DNA from: Octopus vulgaris
Taxonomy: Eukaryota
Assembly (NCBI GenBank): GCA_951406725.2
Contig: OX597834.1
Span: 45,880,001-45,944,000, forward strand
DNA length: 64,000 nucleotides
Reading direction: 5' to 3'
The translations under genes and the position numbers were made by a program. The notes beneath the pieces were generated by a model. That model did no database searches, had not been told where the DNA came from, and was given only the letters and a program-made list of their open reading frames with translations. Shown in pieces: positions 27,643 to 42,974 of the stretch. How positions within the stretch are numbered: the first letter of the stretch is position 1; each line of letters begins with the position of its first letter.

Positions 27643-29094
27643 TTTGCATTCCAATACGGCGACTAATAAGAAGAGAAATTTAGTACAACAAAGTGGTCAT
27701 ACGTAGTTATATACATATATGCATATACATAATGTATGTATAATGCTTAAAAACATACACACAAGCATAAAAATCATACACACACTCTAGTAAGTAACAC
27801 TTAGAAATAAGTATTTCGGTTTGAGAAAATTCATTTTGAGGTTTTTTTATGTTTTTTTACCTTATGGATGGTTTAGAAATTTCAAATTAATAATTTTAAA
27901 TAATAGTATTAAAAATAATAAAAACAGATTATAATAATAATGGAATTTACCATTATGCTAACTATAATTCTAAAATAATAAAACGAAGTTCTAAACTGGA
28001 AGAATGCCACGAATGTTTTAAAGAATATGCGATGTATTAATATTATTAATAGTCCATGTGTGTTTCTAATATATTCCGATATATTCTCTTCAGTGACGAA
28101 CAGTATTGCTAACCTCTGCAGGGTTTCATCGAAAAGAAGTAATAATCATAATAACAATAATATTAATAATAATAATAATCATAATAATCATAATAAGCAA
28201 CTATGCTGTGGTTTAACTCGTGCAGCCTAGACGTATTCAGATCTATTTAAATACAGACCAGAGTCCGATTATATACTTAGGGAGTATCTTGGCAAAAATC
28301 CTGAGAAACATTTGAAAATTTGGATGGATTTTATGCCAGAAAAGAGACAAACACATTGACGCCTCGAGAATAATTAATGTAACACAATGTTTCACTCACT
28401 TACAACAGTAAATGTCAGTAAGTTGTTTGGTATATGATATCCGAACTTATTTCAAATTTCAGAACAATTATGCATCTGTCTTATTTTGAACACTAAATAA
28501 AATATATTTATTGCTACGAAGAAAACGTGTTGATATGATGAATTAGCACGGAAAGTGATAATGTTGAGGGAAACACACACTAGTCCCCAGGAAGAGCGCG
28601 CTCACACACACACACACACACACACATACACATATACACACACTCACAAGCACAGATATGTATGTATATGCCAAAAACGGGTGGGAGACAAAGAGAGAGG
28701 TTGGAAAGAATGAAGAAGTGAATTATAGAAAAATTAACGGTATGCATATCTAGACATTTTGATGAATGGCTATATTATAGTTACTACGCGTACAATATTA
28801 ACGTGTTTGGTATCTAAGCTAGATATGACCAGACTGAATTTTTACCAGAGAGAAACAATTCTAGAAAATTTATTCGGATCTGGGAAAATATTCCTTCATC
28901 ACTTGTATCTTCATTGTAGCCTTCTGTGTATATTTTCTGGAAAACATCGTAACTAAAATTTAGGTTACATTTTCTCTGATAGTCTTAGAAATTGGTCTTA
29001 GTAAATAACGAATATGTAAATGTTTATATATGTATGTTTACATGTCGGTATGTATATACATGTAGAGGTAAATATTTATTAACATGCATACACG

Positions 29095-29194
<100 letters not shown>

Positions 29195-30186
29195 CAGATA
29201 TGTGTATATATGCATATATATTTACATATACGTATGTATGCATGTATGTATACAGATTTTTGTACAACATGAAGCATAAAAAAATAATCACTTTTACTCA
29301 CGAACACATTTGGTGGCGAGAATTGGTGTGAACAGGATAGATTTTTTAAACATAAAAAGGAATTTATATATATATATATATATACGTATATATATAACCT
29401 GCATACATATATGCATATAAACAAACACACATATACATACAGACGGACAGTACATGCATACATATGTATAGATGCTATTCAATATTTGAAATGAATAATA
29501 AATATAATTTATTCCAGAATCTAAAACAACCATGGCGTAACCGAAATTTAATTTTAATACATTTTTCTGTTTTTGTAAGCGACATATTTACATTCACTTG
29601 CAATATTAATGTGTGTTTATATTCTAAATAAATTCTACCGTTAATCAAATTTAGAAATTATCCTAGTTTTTAACATGATGATATTGACTAATCTATCAAT
29701 GAGGACTAAAAATTATTTTTTAATACCTATTTGATATTCTCTCTGTAATAAAACATCTATCTCATTCTAATATATTGCTGAATATTATTGCGACTATCGA
29801 AAATTGGCCGTTCACTCCGTCAGCACCTCTGCCGCATACATCAACACGACCAGCTGAGAATACTAGGAAGAAGTACTCCTGACAAACTGCTCCAAACATA
29901 TAAAACCATATCTGAATTATAATGGTTGATTTTATAATTATATTACTCTATGTTTAATCAAGACATTTCATGTTATTAGGGACGATTTTTCACCCCCTTT
30001 CGATAATTGTTTTGTTTTTTAACACAGCACGTCCATAAAAAGTCTCCTTTCAGGAGAAATGTTGCATTGCCCCATGGACAATGTGTATGCAGTATGATGC
30101 TGTCTTAATGTAATACCACCTCAAATCCGTTTATGTATATCTATATATGCACGTGTATATATATATATATATATATATACATATAC

Positions 30187-30254
<68 letters not shown>

Positions 30255-31348
30255 GTGTGTGAGTGTGTGTGTATGTAAGTATATGTATATATATATATAT
30301 ATAGTTAGAGATATAGTATTCTCAAGAATGCCTGGAACACTACTAAATAACTGTGAAGTGTGAATCCTACGAAATTTAAATATTCTTTGTATACCACATT
30401 CGACTGACACGTAATTGCACTGTATTATAAGTGGCAGAAAGGAAAGTTTTTATTTTACATAATGCCGTGTTTATTAAAGTTCTCTGAGGAAGATAATATA
30501 ATATATATATATGACTATGTGTTTATAGATATATGTGTGTGTGTGTCAGTTATATATATGTATTAACTATTTCTATGTTATATTATATATATATATAGAG
30601 AGAGAGAGGGGGGACTGAGAGGGAGAGAGAAGAATGTATATATTTATGTATACATATATAATGATTCTAGTGACGTAATGTGTTCTTGCATGATTGAGAA
30701 GAATCAATGTTAAATGTGTGTGAATGGGATTTCTGAAAGTATTGAAAATCTAAACTGAATTGTTACTGACACAATCAGTTCATTGCATGTATATGTGTAC
30801 GTTCTGTGTATATATGTGTGTCCATGCAATTAGTGTATGTGTAATTGTGTACGTGCTTCTTTGTAGAGTAACATGTACTTTTGTTAGCGAGTGGAAGAGT
30901 TTCTGTACATCGTAGTCGTTAAGAAATATATATATATATATATATATATATGATGAATATACAACGTTTAAATACAACAGCTCGCTCGTCTTGTTATTAA
31001 ACCGTTCATTACCAGGATTAGTGGCACTTTTAGGTCCGCGTCAGTGGTTCATTAGCCACGTCATCGCGTAACAGACGAACCCCTATAAGAACAAACACAA
31101 CGACTACAATAGTGATGATGATGATGATAAGAATAATAACAGTAATGATAATAATGCTAATGTTAATAATAGTAATAATTTTAACATAGACGGAGGAGGA
31201 ATCAGAAGATGGAGAAAACAATAACAATATGTTATTTGCCTCACAACTATTAAAGCTTTGGATAAAGAGAAATGCTGTAGCTTCCGAACACAAAAACACA
31301 AAAACATGGGAATAACCACATGTCCTGCTGAATTTGCGAGATCACAAC

Positions 31349-31432
<84 letters not shown>

Positions 31433-32259
31433 GCATACATACATACATATATACATGCATACATAAATACATACATACACTCACACATCACAGATATATG
31501 TATAGATACATGCATAGATACTAATGGAGCAATGTCAGGAAATATATGCTGTGAGATAGAATGTTCAAAATTGAGGCTAAAGAAACTAATAAACGAAGTA
31601 ATTGCTATAATTAGTTCAACCGTGATTAATATCGTGGAAAGGAGATAAAAAGAGAAGACAAAAGAAAAGGAAACTAACATCAATAGAAGAAGTCTTAGCT
31701 TTGAATAAATTACCTTTCTTTACGTTTCAATGTAGACTGTCACCATTTGTTTTTTTTATTCTTCTTTTTATGTGTGTGTGTATATGTTACTGAAAAATAC
31801 TTACGTGCTCTGAAGAATTAATATTATTTTGAATTAAAAAAAGTGTTTATGCTAATCTACCTCTACAAACATGCAGGCTCCATGCAAACAGGTCACATTT
31901 AAGGACCAGTAGAATATAAAAAAAACACATTGGGTTTAATTTAAGAAGTACAATACAATAATAATTGTTGGTGGTGTGTGTGTTTGATGGCGGAAGGAAG
32001 GAGAATTAGGGAGTGCGTGGATAAGAATCGGGTAGAAGATATTTTGAGGTATTTTATTGTACTGCCCCAAGGTGAATGGTAATTGCCTGAGCAACTAGGA
32101 ATGTTAGCCACATGTGAACATCATCATCTAATACTCTAATCATCTATTAACTAAGACTTAGATCGCTTGTGAGCCAGATGACTCATAAGAGAGTTTCTTT
32201 ACTCGGTCAAGTGGCGTATAAGTAATGAAAATTTACAGCTCTACCCGCCTCTGAACGGG

Positions 32260-32432
32260 AGACCATCGGTTGCAGGGTTAATTCTCCTGCAAAAGCCGGA
32301 AATCATTTACAGCTGAGTGAACTGGAGCATCCAAAATGAATTGATCTGCTCAAGAACACGATGCGTCGCCCAACACTGGAATTGAAACGATGTTTTTATA
32401 ATCGTTAGTGCAACACCCTAACCACTAGACCG
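32260..32432 (-). mobile_element. tRNA-derived SINE family C
   Basis: Reverse complement (GGTCTAGTGGTTAGGGTGTTG...GTGTTCTTGAGCA...GCTCCAGTTCACTCAGCTG) matches the copies at 57434-58020. Confidence 0.8.
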
Positions 32433-32840
32433 TGAAATTAATAAAAATGTGTGGCAAACGTAAGTTATATTATGCTTACTATGTTTAGAGAGAATGGAAG
32501 GAAGAGAAGACAATTAAATGCCTTTTATCATAGACAGGTCTCGAGTGGGTTGACCTCTGGCTACACAACAGCAGCAACTTTTACGACATAAGATTTTTCC
32601 AACAGGCAAAAGGAAACACAATATAAAATAATAATGGTTTCACATTAGAAGCAGTATAGTTGCTAGTATTGCTATTGTTGTTTAGATTGAGGACAGCCGT
32701 AATCGAGCAGACATTTGATGAAAAGCGTTGCAGCCGTGACAATACGACCATTCATGCATATCAGGCTCCACAGTTTTGCAATGTAATATTTTGCCCACCC
32801 GGGACACATGAGGAATAGATTTAAATTTGATATGATTACA

Positions 32841-32880
<40 letters not shown>

Positions 32881-33498
32881 GGAGACAGTTGGAGGGAGTG
32901 AAAGAGATGCCAATAAGAGAGTATGTACACAATACTTACATAAATCCCTAACCGAAAGAGATTCACCAATTTACCGCGGTGATATTCCGAAGTGATAGTG
33001 GAGTGATTATGAAACAAATCGATATGGATGAAACGTAAGACGCGAGAAGACGAGATGACACAAGTACATGGTAGATGGAGCACATTTTTCAGTGCTTTAG
33101 AGACTCTGCAATTTCGTTTCTCAAACTGAAAACTGAATGAAAAAAAACATGCTGTTGCCACAATCTTGTTTGCGGCCTTCTCTGTTAAATGTTTGTTTTT
33201 CATGTAGTTATATATATACATATATATATCTACGTGTGCACGTATGTATTAAGTATGTAGCATGTGTATACATTGAGGTATTTCTTTGCAAAAACGCTCG
33301 GTAGGAAGGAATTTTATACAGTTTGTTTTCATATGTCTTATTGTCAGAGTTGTCTTTACAGTGTTGTACGTCATCTTTATTCTTGTTTCGTGTATTTTAT
33401 TAGGTTTCAGTTCTTTTTCTCTATTTATTGTTATCTTAATGTACTGCATTCTTTATGCCATATTTTTAATAACATTTGACTGGGTGAAAGAATGTTTG

Positions 33499-33560
<62 letters not shown>

Positions 33561-33616
33561 GTATGTATATATATATGTATGTATATATATATGTATGTAT
33601 ATATATATGTATTTAA

Positions 33617-33678
<62 letters not shown>

Positions 33679-34008
33679 TTATATATGTAATTTCTATTTA
33701 TAGCTTTCAATCAATGTATATCTCTGTTATCGTTTTCTTGTAATTTCAAAATGTCGTATTGTTGTGGGTTTTTTTCTTTATCATGTATCGGGGAAATACA
33801 CCATTTTGTCTTACATTCTATTTTTGTTTATAATTTAGTATATTATTTTTCTGTTCATATTTCATTAGAAACAATATTCACTTTGTCACATTGTTTAGAA
33901 TAAATGTATAAAACTACCGGATACAATATAATAGAGTAAAGGATGCCCTTTTAACAACCAACCTTTCTATAGGTCTTCGAAGATATGTTAATAAATACAT
34001 ACATTTAT

Positions 34009-34040
<32 letters not shown>

Positions 34041-35062
34041 ACGAATACCTTTTTAGCAACGACTTTGCCTCTTACAACCAAGAGAGTTCAAACATTTGAA
34101 AGGTGGTGGCCGTTTGCCGTTTAATGTCACTACCAGTCTTCATCGAACATAAATACTCTCTCTATAACTTACTACTGGAATATTTTTCCCCTTTATTGTA
34201 CTGGTACACATCTAATGAAACACACTGAATGAAATTATTTTCAAATACATTCTCTTTATATTATATACAGACGTACATTCGACTTATGAATAAGAAGAGC
34301 AAATATATAGTGAAAAAGTGAATCAGAAAAAATATAAAACATGCACACAAACACGTGTGCTTTGTCTCTAGAAATAAACATTCTAACGCCGTGATCGAAT
34401 GCTGGTGATCGGTGCCTAACAGTCATACAACGGTGTAGTCACTGGTGATATAAGTGCACAGGTCTCGGCTTCTACGCACCGTATCTCACACCTATCGGGT
34501 AACAAACACGGTAGGCTGTAAAGGAGAACGTGGGAAACGAAGATAATAAACACCCACAAATATCCTCTTGCTACATGTATGGTACCAGACAGTCATACAC
34601 GGCATAAGATACAGCCATAGATGTTGAAAATATGCATATACTTTAGGTGACTATACCTCATAGATATCGATCACTGCAGAATTCCAGAAAATGAAAGTTT
34701 GATTCGAAGGAGATTTCCAAGGAAAATAAAACATAAATAAAATAAAGTTCAAAAAAATTCACGGCGTTATTTTTATTTCTAGAACTGAATAATCGCATAT
34801 CCATTCTTCTTAGAATTTTTTTATTTTTATTTTTTTATTTTATTTTCAACTACCATCACCAAACAAGAAAAAAGACAACAAAGAATTTCTAGTGCTATTA
34901 TCATAACAATAATAATAATGATAACAACAAAAATAACGATAATTGTGTGAAATCTTTATTATTATTATTATTATTGTTGTATTTATTATTATTGATATTA
35001 TTATTATTATTATTAATGTGACTGTGGAATCATTAGGGTTTTTTATCAATAGTTGTATAATA

Positions 35063-35125
<63 letters not shown>

Positions 35126-35402
35126 TATATACACCGTAGTATATGTAAAGATTTATACTGGAAATTGTGAGAAAATATTTCAAATTCGAAATACAAGTAA
35201 TGACGTTCCACCGATTACTGATATTTATGAGAAAACATTATGAACTCTTTGAAAATATTTTTCTAGCTTTGGCGACAAAAAGAAACCGTTATTATAAACA
35301 TTGTGTGTTTAAAAGTAGTGTTAGAAAATGTCGGCTTTCAATGTCATTTCCACTTTGAACGTTCGTTTTCTTTGTGTCAGTTCATTTTTATCTTTACATA
35401 TT

Positions 35403-35507
<105 letters not shown>

Positions 35508-35683
35508 AAAAAATCTATCGATGCAAACTTTGTATCCAGTATGCAAAGTTTTGCTGAGGTTTTCCTCTTTCCTCTAACTGCACATGTCGTAAGAGTATAT
35601 AAATATATATAGATATATGTATGTATATATGTATATATGTATATAAATATATATTTACACATAGGTGTATTATATATATATAT

Positions 35684-35717
<34 letters not shown>

Positions 35718-35878
35718 ATTCATGTATCTATGTATTATGTATGCATTATTTAAGCTAGCTATCTAACATACAAAATCTTACCTGCATTAATTATACGAAT
35801 ATAAAAATATATAATGTTGATTTCGTGTTTTCCATTTTGTTTTTGATATCACTAGTTGGAGCAGCGGTGGTGGAAACG

Positions 35879-35920
<42 letters not shown>

Positions 35921-36509
35921 TGTGAATTTTTCTGGATTTCTGTCTTGCTATATTATTTTTATATATTGATGAGTGGTTATTCAGATTCCCTATAGTCCTC
36001 TTAGGGCACTTTTTTCCTTTGTGACTAAGCTGGTGGTATATGTGTGATGGTCATAGGTGTGGTCTCACCCACAGAAGCCGAATTTGACGATGAACGGTGA
36101 CTGAATTAGGTTTAGGAAACAGATGGATCGATTTCAAATATGTTGAAGCAAATATAGTACATTGTGCTGTAAGACCTTAGAGGACAGGAAAACTGATGCG
36201 CTAAAGGCAAACAACCGTAGTATAATATTAATGAAAATATTCGTATAAATATTATAATAATAATAATAATAATAACAAAGGATAAAAAGGCTAGTGTACA
36301 ATGATATGTATTGGTATCTTATCAATTGCGCAAGGATATATAAATTTCGTGTCGATAGATATTGGACATCGCTATTACTTACTCTTAGGGCATCACGGGA
36401 CTAAGATATCCTGGTAGCCATTTTGTAATATTTTGATTTGTACTCTGCACCTGGCATCCAGGCTTCAGAGCACGAATAATAAAGTTACATAGCAATCTAT
36501 CCCTATACA

Positions 36510-36555
<46 letters not shown>

Positions 36556-36691
36556 TATATATATACTATACGATAAAAATATGCCTTGTGCATAGTCTAA
36601 CGTACCGCTACCTATACCGATTCTTTATTACCGACATTTATATTAAGCAATAATAATCCAAGACGAAAATAAAATAACAATCATAATAATG

Positions 36692-36731
<40 letters not shown>

Positions 36732-36736
36732 TAAAT

Positions 36737-36767
<31 letters not shown>

Positions 36768-36771
36768 TAAC

Positions 36772-36803
<32 letters not shown>

Positions 36804-37181
36804 TAATAATAATAATTAAAAGAGATTGGAAGCATTGAGGTACGAAAATATGCGAATATAGTCAGGACATTTTACGAACGAAAATAAAGATGAAAAAACG
36901 TTTTCCTGTGTGGTTTTTCCTTTTCATTTTTTTTCTTCAATTTTTTTCAAACATGTTCTCAATAGCAAATTCAGTTTTATTTCTAAGCATTTTTGCCAAA
37001 CGTCTTGCTATTTTGTAAGCGATTACGAAACAATGGAACACAATATCGAAATGTCCACGATGGAGACAAAATAGATACTTATATATACATATATATGCAC
37101 ATATGTATATGTATATATATATATATGTATATGAATTTACACGCACAATATGCCAATATATCTCTAAAATAACCAATATAC

Positions 37182-37228
<47 letters not shown>

Positions 37229-37415
37229 TGTGTGTATGTATATACATATATATAATCCTGTACATATCAATGTATCACGTTGTATTTATACATACATGTA
37301 TGTATACGGGTGTATATGGATAATATATATATACACAGACAGACGGACATGTAAATAGTTATATGGTTCGATATATGTTACGGTTTTGAAGCAGTCATTT
37401 AATACAAATGTATAT

Positions 37416-37459
<44 letters not shown>

Positions 37460-37561
37460 GCATACATAGATATGTGAGTGTTTGTTTTATATATATATAT
37501 ATATATATGAACATACATATATATGTATATATGAATATATACCTATATATATAGTTGCATA

Positions 37562-37605
<44 letters not shown>

Positions 37606-37659
37606 CATACATATATATATATATATGCATATATATGTATATATATATATATATATATT

Positions 37660-37743
<84 letters not shown>

Positions 37744-38288
37744 CAACGGCCAAATACTGTAAAAATGTTCTTTGCAATATTACTGATATACAATGAAATG
37801 CAGTTTATCTAAAATTTGAGAAAATGACTGAAGCGTTTTATATAGATTTACAGTTGTGGAAGCTTTGTAACGTGTAGAAAACAATGAATGGTCTGTGAGC
37901 CATGTAGCATGATTAAAAAATAATACACCCATGTGCGAATATATGATGTAGAGATATATGTATATGTAATTATTTATATATATATAGATATATATAGTTA
38001 TATATATGTTTATAATATATATGTAGTAATATATATGTATATATAGTATATATTTTGTATTTAAGATAGATATATTTCTGTTTAAATAAATATATGGGAT
38101 TATATGTATGTATATATATGTGTGTATATATAAAGATAGGTATAGATATATATATACTCATAGGTGTGTGCATATATATACATATGAATATATATGTATA
38201 TACACACGTATATTTATACATGTATACATATATATACATATATATATATATACATACATATATAGATATATATATATATATATATATA

Positions 38289-38332
<44 letters not shown>

Positions 38333-38478
38333 TATGCACTAATACATATAAACATGTATACATATTACGAAAGCGTAGTATAATTTTTAATGTATATTCA
38401 TGCTGGAATATGTGTGTGTATATATATATATGTTTATATATGTGTATACGTATAGATGTATATGTATATATGTATATA

Positions 38479-38509
<31 letters not shown>

Positions 38510-38825
38510 GTACATGTATATATTATATTTACACATATATATATATTTATATATTTATATACATATATATGTATATATATATAAATATATATGTGTGTGT
38601 ATTTTTCTTCTACAAATGGAAAAATAACTCGGTATTTCCGATTTCCGGGAAATGGTGCCTGCTGGGAAAGAAGACAGCCACATTTCTTGATTAATATCCT
38701 TGATAAAATCAGAGTATTTCAGTAACTCTTAAGAATTTTACTCCTTCGTTCTTTCTTTCTTTCTTTTTCCTTTTAGGTGCACTGAGTTTATATGCAGAAA
38801 GCATTATACTTATACATATATATAC

Positions 38826-38874
<49 letters not shown>

Positions 38875-38952
38875 AATGGATAGATAGATCGTTATCGATA
38901 TATATATATATAGGTATATGTATATATGTGTATATATATGTGCATATATATT

Positions 38953-38999
<47 letters not shown>

Positions 39000-39015
39000 T
39001 ATATAGATAGATTGT

Positions 39016-39068
<53 letters not shown>

Positions 39069-39250
39069 GTGAATATTAGCGAAAGAAAGGCATGAAGAAA
39101 GTTGTAATGGTTTTGTCTCCCGTAAATTTCATTCTGCATCTTCATTTTGTTTCCTCTTTTTTTGTTTTTTTTTAATTTTTTGTTTTTTTTTATACTTTTC
39201 TCTGTTGCGTTATATATATATATGTATGTGTGTGTGAATGTGTGTGTGTG

Positions 39251-39300
<50 letters not shown>

Positions 39301-39912
39301 GACCTGTTCAGTATATATTAAGAACAAAAATATTTTTGTGGAAATATTACAGAATAAATGCAATATATATACATATATATAAACATGTGTATGTGTGCGT
39401 GTGTGTGTTGTTTGAAGCCGATTGTTTATCGTTTACACTTTCTATATATCTTGATATTCAATATTTTATCTATCTTTCCTATTAATATTATCATTGTTTT
39501 TGTTGCCCTTGTTGTTGTTCTTATTATTATTATCATTAATATCAACGTCATTTCGTCTATCATTCCTTTTATGTTCATAGATCGTTTATAGTTTCGTATA
39601 TATAAACTCATCCACATTGCTTTCTCAACGTAACACAGTTTAACTGAATTCAAAGGAAGAATTCCTTAGTTCTATAGAATGCTTATTTGTGATACGCGAT
39701 TCTCGTTTCTCTGTTCTTATATTTTTCCTCACTTGTTCAATTTTTTATCATTTTCAAGTGACTTATTCTTACGAGGTTTGTCCGTTTATGAAATCCCTAT
39801 TTTTGTTCCTTTTCTGAATTCCGAATTGTTTATATTTTAGAAAGGTTAGCGATTTCATTAGAAATACCTTATCATCATTTGCATTGTAGGTTACTACTAC
39901 CTCTACAACTAC

Positions 39913-39982
<70 letters not shown>

Positions 39983-40179
39983 CAACATCATCGTCGTCAT
40001 TTCTATTCAGTGTTCGGGCAATATGTCAAGGCTTGCTATCCTGAAACGAAATAGAACTAGAAACATGATGGTGTTATAAAATCACGCTTCTAATTCGACT
40101 GTGTTAATCTTTTGGAATGAGAAAGAAACGCAATTTTCACGTTATTCTCTCATAGATATATTTATGAAATACTTATGTG

Positions 40180-40242
<63 letters not shown>

Positions 40243-40766
40243 CTTGGTATATCATCCCTAGTCGAAGTCTCAGAACTGACTCTGGTATTTCACAGGCCCT
40301 TTAGACGCGATGAAAGTCTGCAACATTCAGATATATGGATCCGCGTCGGTCGATTATATACTACTCAACCCACTTTCTATACCAGAAATCATAGTACCCC
40401 CCTCAGGTGCTATAATCTAAGACAGACGTCAGCCTTCTCTATGAGTTGATGGGGTTTGCTTGTCTCGGTTTATCTATCGGTATCTTCATCTATATCCATA
40501 TATATATACATACATAAATATACACACACACACACACACACACACAACATATATATATTTTTTGTTGTTCTGTGCTATATCAGTCCGCTTCTGTTTTATT
40601 TATAAGACTACATATTTGTACTTTCTCATAGATGCTGTCAAATAACATTTTAAACTTTCAAAACACGTTTCTGCAAATTTAAAACGTTGCTAGCAGCAAA
40701 TAAATGAAAGAAACGTTTTTATCTTGATTATTGCTATTATTATTATTATTGTTGTTGTTATTATTA

Positions 40767-40819
<53 letters not shown>

Positions 40820-41632
40820 GTTATTATCATCATCATCATTATTTGAGGGAGTATCGTTCTTACTATTTGATGATAACCTATTGGTGAATATGTGGTATTT
40901 TCCTTTTGGAATTTGTGGCCAGAAATGAAATCAATGTTATTATTATTATTATGTTTATTATTCATGTTTGAATTATTTTTGTACTATTATCATTATGTTA
41001 TTATTACTACTATTTTGAAGCTTACTTTTAAAGTTATTATCATTATAATTAATAGTAGTATTAGTATTAATAATACTACTTTGTTCTCAAATTTCGAAAC
41101 AGTATTAACATGTTCATCATGCCTCTGTATTCTTCTCCGTTCTTGCTTTCTTTCTTTCTGTCTTTCTTTTATATTTCACATTAGCAGTTTTCATTGTTTT
41201 TTTTATGTTTTTGATATTTATTTTTAGGTTTTTTTGGTATTTTTAATTTTTTATGTTTTTTTTTAGAATTTCCTCAAGTTTTCTTTCAGTAATTATTCCT
41301 TTTGCATATCAATATATATATATATATGTATTTTTTTTTTGGTATTTCGAGATTTTTCTCTTCATATATCATTGAAGATAACATGGTTAGAGCTTAGCAA
41401 CTCTATAGCTTCTTATATGCAATCAAGCGTCACTACATACAAACAAACAAGCATAATATGTCTAGATATATATATATATACATATATATATAGATATATA
41501 TGTACGAATATACATATATCTGTAGTAGTGAAAGAGTATCACCGTGCGAGATTTACTTATCTTGTGCAACATTTGTCACAGGTGAATCGCAACATTCGAA
41601 GTTTACAGGGTTGTGAATGAGGATTACGAAAT

Positions 41633-41655
41633 GGGTCGGGATGGGAGGGTGGGGG
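41633..41655 (+). other. G-quadruplex-forming motif
   Basis: GGG-TC-GGG-AT-GGG-A-GGG-T-GGGGG, five G-runs with 1-2 nt loops. Confidence 0.7.
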
Positions 41656-41866
41656 AAAATTTGCAGTAACTTTCCCAGCAAGCACCTCATAATAACTTAT
41701 ATCATATACATTTATATATATGCATCTGTCTATATATATATATGTATGTATGTATATAAATATATACATACATTTCCATTTATGCTTAAGCGTATGTACA
41801 CATATGTATATATATATACATATATATGTATATATATATAATACGCATATATACATATATATATAT

Positions 41867-41911
<45 letters not shown>

Positions 41912-42052
41912 CGCTCTGTATTATAGTAAAATATTACTTTTGAAACCTATAACAAATCATAGCAATTTTTCGGTTTTTTTTTCACTTTTTTCATTTTTTT
42001 CTTTTTTCAGATTTGTATTACGTTTATCCATGTGATGCATCTTCTCTTACTT

Positions 42053-42104
<52 letters not shown>

Positions 42105-42240
42105 TGTGTATACCTAAGTATGTATATTGACATTTATACATATGTATGCATGCACATATGTACATCGATGTGTATATATGTACGCATATATATACATATA
42201 TATATATATACACATATATAGAGATACATACGTATGTTAA

Positions 42241-42271
<31 letters not shown>

Positions 42272-42427
42272 CTTATATATTTACAGATTATCTTATCTTG
42301 CGATTTTTAGATATAATAGATTTTATTACCAATATATATTATTTAGGTTTCATGCAAATGTCTGTTGATTTATTGACTGTAGTAATAGTAACAGTAGTAG
42401 CAGCAGTATTATTATTAGTAGTAGTAT

Positions 42428-42477
<50 letters not shown>

Positions 42478-42974
42478 CCCTTCATATTACTAATGTTATC
42501 TTACGTACACCAATATCATTATTATTTTTATTATTATCATTATTATTATTAATATTATTATTAATATTATTATTATTATTATTATCTTTATATCATTATT
42601 TTTATACTCATTATTTTAATATACATCTATTGTTGCCTATGAGGTTTTTTTACCTTTCATAGTAATATTTACTTAATTTCTCTTTTTTTTTTCTTGTTTC
42701 ATTTTTTTATTTTCTTCATTATCATATATTTAGAAATTTCGTTTTTATTATTCTTTTGGTAATTTCTCACTTTTTTCCTAATTTCCTTCTTTCATTCTTT
42801 TCTCCCATCAAAATTTCCAAATATGACCGTCAGACGGAGCTAGACTATATGTCGGTGTTGGCTATGGTTGGTCACTGTGAGCCTATTTTTGCTAGCTATG
42901 AGCAGTAAATCCAGTCTGAGTGTGTGTCCGAAAGATTCAGTCACTCACTGGTTTAACAGAGACCTAGACGTACT

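Noticed and set aside
32682-33221. 179-aa minus-strand ORF
   Set aside because: Runs through (TA) and (CT) repeats, no domain resemblance or splice support
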